Position numbers and translations under genes: made by a program. Positions 55,447 to 64,000 of a DNA stretch of 64,000 nucleotides are shown here, in pieces. The notes under the pieces were generated by a model, which was given only the letters and a program-made list of their open reading frames with translations, ran no database searches and had not been told where the DNA came from. Within the stretch, counting starts at the first letter, position 1, and each line of letters begins with the position of its first letter. This DNA comes from Bacteroidales bacterium (GTDB taxonomy: Bacteria; Bacteroidota; Bacteroidia; Bacteroidales; UBA932): the NCBI GenBank assembly GCA_017450655.1, contig JAFSTD010000005.1:4862-68861 (forward strand), read 5' to 3'.

Positions 55447-57218
55447 TACTTGTAGATTGGACCAAAGTTAGCGCAAGCGCGGTAGTCAGCACCCTCTTTA
55501 TCCATTCCGAATGCGTTCCAAGCTGATGGACGGAAGATCTTGTCCTCGTCCACATTGTGCATACATACAGGAATGCGGAGAATAGATGCGAGTGTGATCA
55601 GGTCTGCACCGACGTGACCGTAAACAATTGCACCGTGGTTAGCGCCCCAGTTGTTCATCACGCTGTAAACATCTTTGAAGAAGCCTTTGCCTGTCAAGCG
55701 AGGTGCGAACCAAGTTGTAGGCCAGGTCTTGTCAGTACGTTCGTTGATGATCTTGTAAGACTCAGGGTGAATGTCAACTGACCAACCTTCTGCCAATTGG
55801 AGAACAGGGCCGAGGCCTTTGACCATATTGATACGGAGCATTGTCATAGGCATGCCGCCTTTTGTCAGGAAGCTTGATGAATATCCGCCGCCACGGAAAT
55901 AATAGCGGTTAGCCGGGAACCAGGTAGTAGCTTTGAGTGATTTCTCAACATCCTCTTTGGTCAATTCCCAGAAGTGTTTCATCTCAGGCTCGCCGGCTGC
56001 ATTGGTAGCTTGACCGGTTGCATCAAGGCAAGTAGCTCCCGAGTTGATCAGGTGGATGATACCGTTTGCAGCTCTACCCTCAAGTTTGTGACCTGATACG
56101 CGCTCTACAGCCTCAGGACTCCAGAATGTACGGATATCTGAGAACATAGCCGCTCTGTTGGTCAGCAAGTGTGCGAACAACATTGAAACGCCGTTCAAAG
56201 CATCGTTTTCGGTTGCAAGGATGTAAGGCTGACGGAGGCCGTTCCAGTCAAATGAACTGTTGAGCAATGCCTCAGGGAAGTCGCAGTTAGGATAGAAGTC
56301 CGTCCACTGGCGCTGGCCCTGGAAGCCTGCAGCGATAGCGTTGTGACCCAGAGATTCTTCGTTGAAACCAATTTTTTTAAGCTTAGGGTTACCAAGCATC
56401 AAGTCACGTACGATAAGGTACATCTTAACGACGAACTCCCAGTTCTCGTCTTTCTCTTTACGGTTGAGGACAAGCTCAGGATCGTTGAAGTCTGTTCCTT
56501 CGTTAACTACGCAATATTTCTTTGTCCAAGCCAAAGCTTTTTCATACTCATCTTTGTCATAAATTCCCCTCTCCATACGGCGGATAACCTCAACCATAGA
56601 AACATACTCGTTTCTCATACCGAGATAATCCTGGAAGAAATCAGGATTGATGGTTGAACCGGCGATACCCATACATACGCCGCCGATAGAAAGATAAGAG
56701 CGACCTCTCATCTGAGCCACTGCAACACCTGCGCGTGCAAAACGGAGAAGCTTCTCTTTAACGTCTTCAGGAATTTCTTTGTCGTTCATATCTTGAACGT
56801 GTTTTCCATAAATTCCGAATGTAGGAAGACCTTTTTGGCTGTGACCTGCCAAAGCGGCTGCCAAATAAACTGCCCCCGGACGTTCTGTTCCGTTAAATCC
56901 CCAGATTGCTTTTGGATAGTGAGGATTCATGTCGATAGTCTCGGTACCGTAGCACCAGCAAGGGGTAACGCTGATTGTCAAGCCTACACCCTCTCTTTCG
57001 AATTTTTCTGCGCAAGCAGCAGCTTCGGCCACACGACCGATAGTGCCGTCGGCGATAACACACTCAACCGGAGCACCGTCTTCATAATAGAGGTTTGAAG
57101 AGATAAGTTCGGCTACACTGTGGGCCATACGCATGGTTTGCTCTTCCAGAGCTTCACGGACGCCTCTTTCACGACCGTCAATAATTGGTCTGATACCAAC
57201 TTTTGGATGTCTGTTCAT
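55446..57218 (-). CDS. fucI: L-fucose isomerase
   Basis: 590 aa with the FucI pattern ([12 protein letters not shown]...). E. coli FucI is 591 aa. Confidence 0.93.
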   Translation of the reverse strand: MNRHPKVGIRPIIDGRERGVREALEEQTMRMAHSVAELISSNLYYEDGAPVECVIADGTIGRVAEAAACAEKFEREGVGLTISVTPCWCYGTETIDMNPHYPKAIWGFNGTERPGAVYLAAALAGHSQKGLPTFGIYGKHVQDMNDKEIPEDVKEKLLRFARAGVAVAQMRGRSYLSIGGVCMGIAGSTINPDFFQDYLGMRNEYVSMVEVIRRMERGIYDKDEYEKALAWTKKYCVVNEGTDFNDPELVLNRKEKDENWEFVVKMYLIVRDLMLGNPKLKKIGFNEESLGHNAIAAGFQGQRQWTDFYPNCDFPEALLNSSFDWNGLRQPYILATENDALNGVSMLFAHLLTNRAAMFSDIRTFWSPEAVERVSGHKLEGRAANGIIHLINSGATCLDATGQATNAAGEPEMKHFWELTKEDVEKSLKATTWFPANRYYFRGGGYSSSFLTKGGMPMTMLRINMVKGLGPVLQLAEGWSVDIHPESYKIINERTDKTWPTTWFAPRLTGKGFFKDVYSVMNNWGANHGAIVYGHVGADLITLASILRIPVCMHNVDEDKIFRPSAWNAFGMDKEGADYRACANFGPIYK

Positions 57219-57280
57219 AGAATTCTATTGATATTTATAATGATAATATTATTGGCAATTAATCGCTCTAAGTTACAATT

Positions 57281-58309
57281 TTATTCGTTTAAATCCAACT
57301 GCTTTTTCAAGGACTCTTCATGCACTTTTCGCACAATCTGCTCCACGAAATCGCTTGACAGCCCCAGCTGCCTGCCTATTTCTATCCTGTCTTCCAACAT
57401 TTTATTGTATCTGTCTCCCTGGAAAAGAGGAGCATTGCTCTGAATCTTGACTTTACCGATTTCCTGCGAGATATCCATCCTCTCGGAGAGCAGTTCAAGA
57501 ATTCTGCGATCGATCTCGTCAATCTTGTCTCTGAAGAAATTGACATTCTGCGAAAGCTCTTTGTTGGTCTTCTCATCCAGATTGTCGAGAATGGAAATCA
57601 GCTCTGAAGGGAGCACCTGCTGGCGGGAATCGGTCAGGGCATGCTCCGGACAGCAATGAGCCTCGATGAAGAATCCGTCGTAATTAAGCTGGAGCGCTTG
57701 CTGGCATAGCGGCGCCACCAATTCCCTGCGTCCCGATATATGGCTCGGATCGCAAAGCAACGTTATTGAAGGTCTCTTTCTTTTTAACTCGATGGGGATT
57801 GCCCAGAGAGGATTATTCCTGTAGGTGTGCTGTTCGTAAGAACTGAAGCCACGGTGTATCGCAATCACATTCTCTATTCCTGCATTCTCTACCCTCTCTA
57901 TTGCCCCCAGCCAGAGATTCACGTCCGGATTGATGGGGTTTTTGACCATCACCCCAATTTTCACCCCTTTGAGAGCATCAGCGATTGTCTGCACGGCAAA
58001 CGGATTGGTGACGGTTCTCGCTCCGAGCCAGATATAATCCACGTCAGCGGCCAGAACAGCCTTCAGGTGCTCCACGGAGGCGACTTCCGTAGCGATTTTG
58101 AGGCCGAATCTGCTTTTGGCTTCCGACAGCCACCCGAGGCCTTCAACTCCTACACCTTCAAATTCTCCAGGTTTGGTACGGGGTTTCCATAGACCCGCCC
58201 TGAAAATCCTGATACCACCTGCCGCGAGTTCTTCGGCAGTCTTGATGACCTGATCTCTACTCTCCGCAGCACATGGCCCGGCCACTATCATATGTTTTTC
58301 TATATCCAT
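57281..58309 (-). CDS. Bifunctional DAHP synthase (type I-beta) / chorismate mutase
   Basis: MDIEKHMIVAGPCAAES... KdsA/AroF-like barrel plus a C-terminal AroQ chorismate mutase (IDEIDRRILELLSERMDIS). The track ORF's extra 95 N-terminal residues run antisense through aroC and are rejected. Confidence 0.88.
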   Translation of the reverse strand: MDIEKHMIVAGPCAAESRDQVIKTAEELAAGGIRIFRAGLWKPRTKPGEFEGVGVEGLGWLSEAKSRFGLKIATEVASVEHLKAVLAADVDYIWLGARTVTNPFAVQTIADALKGVKIGVMVKNPINPDVNLWLGAIERVENAGIENVIAIHRGFSSYEQHTYRNNPLWAIPIELKRKRPSITLLCDPSHISGRRELVAPLCQQALQLNYDGFFIEAHCCPEHALTDSRQQVLPSELISILDNLDEKTNKELSQNVNFFRDKIDEIDRRILELLSERMDISQEIGKVKIQSNAPLFQGDRYNKMLEDRIEIGRQLGLSSDFVEQIVRKVHEESLKKQLDLNE

Positions 58310-58338
58310 TATTATTTGTAACTTCGCTATGATTAGTA

Positions 58339-58346
58339 CAAATTTA
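58339..58346 (-). promoter_or_regulatory. -7 promoter box TAAATTTG
   Basis: Perfect TAnnTTTG, 29 nt upstream of ATG 58309. It directly abuts the aroC ATG at 58347 on the other strand. Confidence 0.4.
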
Positions 58347-59306
58347 ATGAATAGTTTCGGGAATAAATTCAAGGTTACGATTTTTGGAGAATCACATTCT
58401 CCGGTTTTGGGAGTCTCCCTTGACGGAATACCTGCAGGCATCGCTTTGAACGAGGCTGATTTCACAGCCGATTTGGCTCGAAGGAAAGCCGGCGCGAAGG
58501 GAACTACCGCCAGAAAAGAGGATGACGTACCCATCCTGAGCGGGGGGATTGTAAACGGGATTACTACTGGCGATACCATCACAGTTTCTTTCAAGAATGA
58601 GAACGTCCGTCCCGAAGACTATTCTCAGTTCAAAAACCAGCCGAGACCGGGTCACGCCGATTTTACCGCCAGATGCAAATACGGTGATTTATACAGATCT
58701 ACAGGCGGTGGAATCTTTTCCGGGAGGATGACCGTGGCACTTGTTGCCGCCGGCGTGGTGGCGAAGAAGATTTTGGGAAAGAACGTTCGAATCAACGCAG
58801 AATTGGTTGAGGTCGGAGGCTACACGGATATTGAAAAGGGTATCGACTCCATTCCGGAAGGCGATTCAGTCGGAGGCCTTATAAAATGTATCTGCAGCGG
58901 CATTCCTGCGGGGATCGGAGAACCTTTCTTTGATTCGGTGGAATCGATGATATCTCATCTTGCATTCTCGATCCCGGGCATTAAGGGTATAGAATTCGGG
59001 GACGGATTCAAGGTCGCCGGCATGCTTGGCAGCGAACACAATGACCCTATCGTTTCCGCAGACGGCAGGACCTCCAAGAACGGTTCCGGAGGAATCAACG
59101 GAGGGTTGACCAATGGGAATGACGTGGTATTCTCCGTTGCCGTAAAACCCACTTCCAGCATTTCCCTGCCCCAGCAGACATTTAATTTTGCCACGGGAAA
59201 AGTGGAGACCCTTACCGTAAAGGGACGTCACGATAAATGCATAGCACTTCGAGGTCCGGTGATAGTGGAAAGCATCGCCGCCATTGCATTTGCCAATATG
59301 ATATAA
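58347..59306 (+). CDS. aroC: Chorismate synthase
   Basis: MNSFGNKFKVTIFGESH..., GRHDKC. ATG 58347 is preferred over 58329 on N-terminal homology. Confidence 0.9.
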   Translation: MNSFGNKFKVTIFGESHSPVLGVSLDGIPAGIALNEADFTADLARRKAGAKGTTARKEDDVPILSGGIVNGITTGDTITVSFKNENVRPEDYSQFKNQPRPGHADFTARCKYGDLYRSTGGGIFSGRMTVALVAAGVVAKKILGKNVRINAELVEVGGYTDIEKGIDSIPEGDSVGGLIKCICSGIPAGIGEPFFDSVESMISHLAFSIPGIKGIEFGDGFKVAGMLGSEHNDPIVSADGRTSKNGSGGINGGLTNGNDVVFSVAVKPTSSISLPQQTFNFATGKVETLTVKGRHDKCIALRGPVIVESIAAIAFANMI

Positions 59307-59335
59307 AAAAGGTTGACCTCACGGCCAACCTTTTT
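59305..59335. terminator. Bidirectional terminator between aroC and tsf
   Basis: AAAAAA-GGTTGACC-TCAC-GGCCAACC-TTTTT, with one internal mismatch. Confidence 0.7.
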
Positions 59336-59358
59336 GCAAGGAGTTTTGGTTTATTGTG

Positions 59359-60348
59359 TTAGTCCGCAAACGCAAATCTGCGGAAGCTTACAACTTTAGC
59401 ATCTTTGTCAATACCTGCGAGGTAATCCTTGACGGTTACCTTGTCTTCCATAATGAATGCCTGGCACTCAAGAGTCTGCTCTTTGAAGAATTTTGCAAGA
59501 CGACCTTTAGCAATGTTTTGAATCATTGCCTCAGGAAGGTTTGCAGCTTTTTCTTCAGAGACGGTTTTGATAATCTCGCGAGCCTGATCTGCTTGTTCTT
59601 GTGTCAACCAGCCTTTTGCAGTATTTGAATTGATGTGATCTTCAGAGTCAACGTGAGTAGGGTTGATGCCTGCTTTCTTAAGAGCAGCCTCAACAGCCTT
59701 CTTAACCTGTTCCTCTTTGGTCTTTTCAACTGCAACTGAAAGCTCAGTAGCGACAACGTCAGCAGGAACGCTCTCTTCGTTGACTGCGACAGGATTCATT
59801 GCAGTAACTTGCATAGCGATATACTTGGCGGTGTCTGCAGGGACTTCTTTATTGAAACCTACGATAGCGCCCACCTTATTGTTCATATGGATATATGAGC
59901 CAATGTAAGGAGCTTCCAAAGTAGCGTAGTAAGCGATTACGTGTTTTTCTCCGCATTTGCCTGTCTGCTCAGTAACTGCTTCTTCAACTGACATTTCGTA
60001 CTCAATGTTTACATTTTTGAGAGCCTCAACGTCTGCAGGGAAAGCAGCTATTGCTGCATCGGCAATCTTACTTGCCAACTCTTTGAATTCTGCATTGTTG
60101 GCAACGAAATCGGTCTCGCAGCCAAGGCTGACGAGAATAGCCTTGTTTCCGTTTACACGTGCAACAACGGCACCTTCGGTAGTTTCACGGTCGGCGCGTT
60201 TTGCTGCAACGAGCTTGCCTTTCTCACGGATGATTTCCTGTGCTTTTTCAAAGTCACCGTCCGCTTCGACGAGGGCTTTCTTGCAGTCCATCATTCCGGC
60301 ACCTGTCATTTTACGCAATTTTGCGACATCTGTTGCTTTAATTTCCAT
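59359..60348 (-). CDS. tsf: Elongation factor Ts
   Basis: N-terminal UBA-like [19 protein letters not shown]; 329 aa. Confidence 0.95.
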   Translation of the reverse strand: MEIKATDVAKLRKMTGAGMMDCKKALVEADGDFEKAQEIIREKGKLVAAKRADRETTEGAVVARVNGNKAILVSLGCETDFVANNAEFKELASKIADAAIAAFPADVEALKNVNIEYEMSVEEAVTEQTGKCGEKHVIAYYATLEAPYIGSYIHMNNKVGAIVGFNKEVPADTAKYIAMQVTAMNPVAVNEESVPADVVATELSVAVEKTKEEQVKKAVEAALKKAGINPTHVDSEDHINSNTAKGWLTQEQADQAREIIKTVSEEKAANLPEAMIQNIAKGRLAKFFKEQTLECQAFIMEDKVTVKDYLAGIDKDAKVVSFRRFAFAD

Positions 60349-60366
60349 TTCGTAAAAGATTTAAGG

Positions 60367-61212
60367 TTATTCTGCAGGAGTCTCTGCAGGTGTTTCAACA
60401 GGAGTTTCTACTATTTCAGCCTCTTTCTTAGGAGCGGCTTTGCGTGCGCGTGTCTTCTTTACAGGAGCTGCTTCGGTCTTAGCCTCTTTTGCAGGTTGTT
60501 TCTCAGCCTCTTTCTCCTTCTCAAGTTTGCGTTCCTCAAGTCCCTCGGCGATAGCGCCACAAAGTGTTTCAACTATCAGGGATATTGATTTAGCTGCATC
60601 GTCATTTGCCGGAATCACATAATCAATGTTGGTAGGGTCGCAACAAGTATCAACCATTGCGATAACCGGGATGTTAAGACGGTTGGCTTCACGAACTGCA
60701 TTTGCCTCTTTTTGAACGTCAACTACGAACAATGCTGAAGGCAGGCGGTTAAGATCTGCGATAGAACCGAGGTTCTTCTCAAGTTTAGCCCTTTGACGGG
60801 TAATCTGAAGGCGTTCACGCTTAGCAAGTGTCTCGAATGTACCATCGCTGATCATCTTGTCGATAGTATTCATCTTCTTGACAGCTTTGCGGATAGTCAT
60901 AAAGTTGGTGAGCATACCGCCAGCCCAACGCTCAGTTACGTAAGGCATGTTGACAGCTTTAGCTTGCTCGGCAACTATATCTTTGGCTTGTTTCTTTGTA
61001 GCAACGAAAAGCACTTTGCGGCCGGCGAATGCCAATTGCTTCATAAGTGCTGCTGCTTCATCTATTTTGACAACAGTTTTGTGCAGGTCAATAATGTGAA
61101 TCCCGTTTTTCTCCATGAAAATGTAAGGAGCCATCTGAGGATTCCATTTTCTCTTCTGGTGACCGAAGTGTACACCTGCATCGAGTAAGTCTTGGAAATT
61201 AGTTCTAGACAT
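60367..61212 (-). CDS. rpsB: 30S ribosomal protein S2
   Basis: LLDAGVHFGHQKRKWNP, with a K/E/A/P-rich C-terminal tail carrying ETP(V/A) repeats. Confidence 0.95.
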   Translation of the reverse strand: MSRTNFQDLLDAGVHFGHQKRKWNPQMAPYIFMEKNGIHIIDLHKTVVKIDEAAALMKQLAFAGRKVLFVATKKQAKDIVAEQAKAVNMPYVTERWAGGMLTNFMTIRKAVKKMNTIDKMISDGTFETLAKRERLQITRQRAKLEKNLGSIADLNRLPSALFVVDVQKEANAVREANRLNIPVIAMVDTCCDPTNIDYVIPANDDAAKSISLIVETLCGAIAEGLEERKLEKEKEAEKQPAKEAKTEAAPVKKTRARKAAPKKEAEIVETPVETPAETPAE

Positions 61213-61394
61213 TGTTTTTAATTCTTTTTTAGTTTCTCTTTTGATCCTTTCTTGAAGGATTCTCTTTTTTTCAATTCTGAGAGTAGCTTTAAAGATCTCT
61301 CAAATTTTCCGCAGCTTAACAAATAACCGGTAACAATAATGGTCTGATTATTTTTGATTCAAGCTGTGCTTTTGGTGTAAATCTGTTAATAATA

Positions 61395-61784
61395 CTAACG
61401 TTTGCTGAACTGGAAGCGTCTACGAGCACCAGGTTGGCCAGGTTTCTTTCTCTCAACCTCACGGGCGTCACGAGTAAGGAGTCCGTTAGATTTCAAGATA
61501 GGTCTGTAGGCCTCTTTGTCAATTTTGCAAAGTGCGCGGGCAATTGCAAGACGAAGAGCTTCAGCTTGTCCTTTGATTCCGCCACCGTCAAGGTTGGCTT
61601 TAATGTCAAAAGACGCCAAAGTACCTGTAAGGTCTAAAGGTTGTTTAACAATGTAACGAAGTGTATCCTCTTTGAAATACTCATCGAGAGGACGACCGTT
61701 GATTGTAACATTTCCTTTGCCTGTGTTCACATAAACGCGAGCGACAGCTGATTTACGTCTTCCAAGGGCGTTAATTACTTCCAT
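61395..61784 (-). CDS. rpsI: 30S ribosomal protein S9
   Basis: GRRKSAVARV...KKPGQPGARRRFQFSKR. Confidence 0.95.
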   Translation of the reverse strand: MEVINALGRRKSAVARVYVNTGKGNVTINGRPLDEYFKEDTLRYIVKQPLDLTGTLASFDIKANLDGGGIKGQAEALRLAIARALCKIDKEAYRPILKSNGLLTRDAREVERKKPGQPGARRRFQFSKR

Positions 61785-61791
61785 GCTCTGT

Positions 61792-62244
61792 TTAAATTTC
61801 GTTTAAAGTGATTGTTTTAGGGTTTTGTGCTTGATGAGGATGTTCATTACCTGCATAGAGGTAAAGATTTCTGAATTGTGCTTCACCAAGACGTGTTTTT
61901 GGTAGCATTCCTTTAACGGCATGCTCAAGAACGGCTAACGGTTTTTTATCGAACCACTCTTTCGGTGTAGAATAACGCTGTCCACCAGGATAGCCTGTAT
62001 GGCGAACGTAAACTTTGTCTGTAAGCTTCTTACCGGTCAAACGAACTTTGTCTGCATTGATGACGATAACGTTGTCGCCGCAGTCTGCGTTTGGAGTAAA
62101 ATTAGGTTTGTTTTTGCCGCGAAGCAAAATGGCAACCCTGCTTGCAAGACGACCGAGAACCAAGTTGGTAGCATCGATAAGAACCCATTCTTTAGATGAA
62201 TTCTCTTTGTTAACCGACAGTGTTTTGTAACTTAGTGTATCCAC
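61792..62244 (-). CDS. rplM: 50S ribosomal protein L13
   Basis: WVLIDATNLVLGRLAS..LRGKNKP. Confidence 0.95.
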   Translation of the reverse strand: MDTLSYKTLSVNKENSSKEWVLIDATNLVLGRLASRVAILLRGKNKPNFTPNADCGDNVIVINADKVRLTGKKLTDKVYVRHTGYPGGQRYSTPKEWFDKKPLAVLEHAVKGMLPKTRLGEAQFRNLYLYAGNEHPHQAQNPKTITLNEI

Positions 62245-62278
62245 AGTGTCTTGATTTTTAATTGGTTAATACTAAAAT

Positions 62279-62311
62279 GTTGCGTTTCCCAAAAATTTTT
62301 GGGGACGCAAA
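62279..62311 (-). terminator. Palindromic hairpin between murB and rplM (probable murB terminator)
   Basis: TTTGCG..CCCAAAAATTTTTGGG..CGCAAA. It has a perfect 16-nt palindrome core and lies 31 nt past the murB stop. Confidence 0.5.
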
Positions 62312-62315
62312 TGTA
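62308..62315 (-). promoter_or_regulatory. -7 promoter box TACATTTG
   Basis: Perfect TAnnTTTG, 63 nt upstream of the rplM ATG, overlapping the upstream arm of the hairpin. Confidence 0.35.
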
Positions 62316-62341
62316 ACAATAAATATCAAAGTGGCAAAATT

Positions 62342-63313
62342 TTACACCACCTGAACTTCCATTTTAAGGGTGATATCGAACTTTAGTTCGACGGCAGAAA
62401 CTACGGCGGCGGCAAGATCTAAAATCTCCTGCCCGGTGGCGCCACCAGTATTAACCACGATCAAGGCCTGTTTTTGATAAATTGCTGCTTTGCCCATTGA
62501 GCGTCCTTTCCAGCCACACTGTTCTATCAGCCAGCCGGCGGACAATTTCACAAAGCCCTCTGCAGCAGGATAATGCGGTATGTCGGGATATTGAGTTTTT
62601 AATTCTTCGTATTTTGAAAACGGGACGACCGGATTCATAAAGAAACTGCCTGCATTGCCGATCTGCTCCGGGTCAGGAAGTTTATTGCGTCTGATCTCGA
62701 TGATCGCCTCCCGAATTGCCTTGAGAGAAGGCTCTTTGACAGCCTCTTTCAGATTGCCGTACTCCAGTTTGAACTCAGGCTGCTTGCAGAGAATGAATTC
62801 TACCGAAACGATGAAAAATCTTTTAGCCTCGGGGCTTTTGAAAAAGCTGTTTCTATAAGAATACCCGCACTCTGCATTGGAGAGTGTAACCTCTGTAAGA
62901 GATTCTGTATCAAAGGCATTGACCCTGGAGATGACATCTTTTGCTTCAGCACCGTAAGCTCCGATGTTCTGTACGGCGGCAGCTCCCACTTCGCCGGGAA
63001 TCAGGGAGAGATTCTCTACACCGCCCCACCCATTCTCTACACAGTGAGCTACGAAACTGTCCCAGACAAGACCGGCGCCGACCCTTACCTCAACTACGGA
63101 GTCACTCTCGGACAGAATCTCGATGTTCTTGTTGACACAGTGGAAGACCGTCCCTTCGAAGTCCTTCGTAAAAAGGAGGTTACTCGCTCTTCCAATGTGC
63201 AAAAATGGCTTTTGAGCGCTCTGCAAAGCGTTTTTAAGCTGAGCGACGTCAGAATACTCCACATATGAAGATGCGGAAACTTTAACTCCGAAAGTATTGT
63301 CGATAAAATGCAT
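62342..63313 (-). CDS. murB: UDP-N-acetylenolpyruvoylglucosamine reductase
   Basis: FAD-binding and MurB C-terminal pattern (GRASNLLF, NAGSFFMNP). Confidence 0.9.
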   Translation of the reverse strand: MHFIDNTFGVKVSASSYVEYSDVAQLKNALQSAQKPFLHIGRASNLLFTKDFEGTVFHCVNKNIEILSESDSVVEVRVGAGLVWDSFVAHCVENGWGGVENLSLIPGEVGAAAVQNIGAYGAEAKDVISRVNAFDTESLTEVTLSNAECGYSYRNSFFKSPEAKRFFIVSVEFILCKQPEFKLEYGNLKEAVKEPSLKAIREAIIEIRRNKLPDPEQIGNAGSFFMNPVVPFSKYEELKTQYPDIPHYPAAEGFVKLSAGWLIEQCGWKGRSMGKAAIYQKQALIVVNTGGATGQEILDLAAAVVSAVELKFDITLKMEVQVV

Positions 63314-64000
63314 TACTCTACCCTCGTGATGACTGCGCCGAGGGCCTTGAGACGACCTTCGATATTCTCATATCCGCGGTCGATCTGCTCTATGTTGTTG
63401 ATTCGGCTCTGTCCGTTTGCCCCCATCGCCGCAATCAGAAGCGCGATGCCCGCTCTGATATCAGGAGATGTCATAACTCTGCCCTGGAGCTTCTTTGAGT
63501 GATTGTGTCCGACTACAACGGCTCTGTGCGGATCACATAGAATGATCTGCGCTCCCATGTCAATCAGCTTGTCCACGAAGAAAAGACGGCTTTCGAACAT
63601 CTTCTGATGGATCAGAACGCTTCCTTTGGCCTGAGTTGCCACCACAAGCATTACGCTGAGCAAGTCGGGTGAAAGACCAGGCCACGGAGCGTCGGCGATC
63701 GTCATGATCGACCCGTCCAGGAATGTTGAAATGGCATATTCTTTCTGAGCCGGGACATAAATATCGTCTCCTCTCTGCTCGAGATTGATACCCATTCTCT
63801 TGAAACTCTCGGGTATGATGCCCAGATTGTCGTATGAAACATTCTTGATAGTAATTTCGCTGCGCGTCATAGCTGCAAGGCCTATAAAACTGCCCACTTC
63901 AATCATATCGGGGAGAATGGTATGTTCTGCCCCGTGCAACTCACTTACTCCCTCTATTGTGAGCAAGTTGGAAGCTATGCCGCTGATTTTTGCCCCCATT
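63313..64000 (-). CDS. murA: UDP-N-acetylglucosamine 1-carboxyvinyltransferase; N-terminus outside the window
   Basis: C-terminal half of MurA (PDRIE-like ILPDMIEVGSF, ...IERGYENIEGRLKALGA). The frame stays open to the window edge. Confidence 0.92.
   Translation of the reverse strand, partial: MGAKISGIASNLLTIEGVSELHGAEHTILPDMIEVGSFIGLAAMTRSEITIKNVSYDNLGIIPESFKRMGINLEQRGDDIYVPAQKEYAISTFLDGSIMTIADAPWPGLSPDLLSVMLVVATQAKGSVLIHQKMFESRLFFVDKLIDMGAQIILCDPHRAVVVGHNHSKKLQGRVMTSPDIRAGIALLIAAMGANGQSRINNIEQIDRGYENIEGRLKALGAVITRVE

Noticed and set aside
58310-58594. 95-residue N-terminal extension of the DAHP synthase ORF in the track (start at 58594).
   Set aside because: The extension runs antisense through the conserved N-terminus of aroC and has no homology pattern. 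The canonical DAHP synthase N-terminus begins at ATG 58309, which is preceded by a -7 box.
1-64000. Search for CRISPR arrays, tRNA/rRNA/tmRNA genes, IS elements, integrases, phage, toxin-antitoxin or defence islands.
   Set aside because: No direct-repeat/spacer structure was seen and no intergenic gap exceeds about 180 bp. No transposase, integrase or recombinase-like ORFs are present, and no terminal inverted repeats were noticed. Gene content is housekeeping throughout. This was judged by eye only, without a computational repeat scan.

Overview
This window looks like ordinary core chromosome from a Bacteroidota (Bacteroidales-like) bacterium. The taxon call rests on about 20 intergenic TAnnTTTG -7 promoter boxes, the absence of Shine-Dalgarno sequences, purH-mreBCD-mrdA-rodA synteny, a holB-PSP1-GldH-like cluster, and a P-II-like gene behind an RND pump. 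I can support 59 tightly packed protein-coding genes.

Gene content by function:
- Cell envelope: PBP1A, ddl, mreBCD, PBP2, rodA, murA, murB, lgt.
- Translation: rpsB-tsf, rplM-rpsI, frr, smpB, miaA, trmB, prmC.
- DNA: topA, radA, comM, holB.
- Central and biosynthetic metabolism: purH, gcvP, pgk, pyrH, ispD, ispB-like, kbl, aroC, DAHP synthase-chorismate mutase.
- Other: a TolC-MFP-RND efflux operon, a fucose-type catabolic operon, an ECF sigma pair, and a few conserved hypotheticals.

I found no rRNA, tRNA, CRISPR array, transposase, integrase, phage or recognisable defence genes. No intergenic gap exceeds about 180 bp. I therefore do not see a clear novel multi-gene system.

The observations most worth a second look:
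1. Two single-base frameshifts in essential genes (ispD, and the rodA 3' end). These are either assembly errors or real lesions.
2. An ECF sigma factor coupled to a protein that combines an anti-sigma-like N-terminus and inner-membrane helix with a C-terminal outer-membrane beta-barrel.
3. An orphan FrdC/SdhC-type dihaem cytochrome b with a long disordered tail and no frdA or frdB nearby.
4. A fucI-fucP operon whose kinase and aldolase are RhaB/RhaD-type rather than FucK/FucA-type.
5. Compaction features: four convergent gene pairs sharing a YTAA overlapping stop, back-to-back divergent promoters, and candidate leaderless mRNAs.

The ORF track misses the first gene, an M14 peptidase at 1..1703 on the minus strand, because its stop lies off-window. 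Several track ORFs begin at upstream TTG codons that I have trimmed. All homology statements come from reading motifs by eye. No database search was run.
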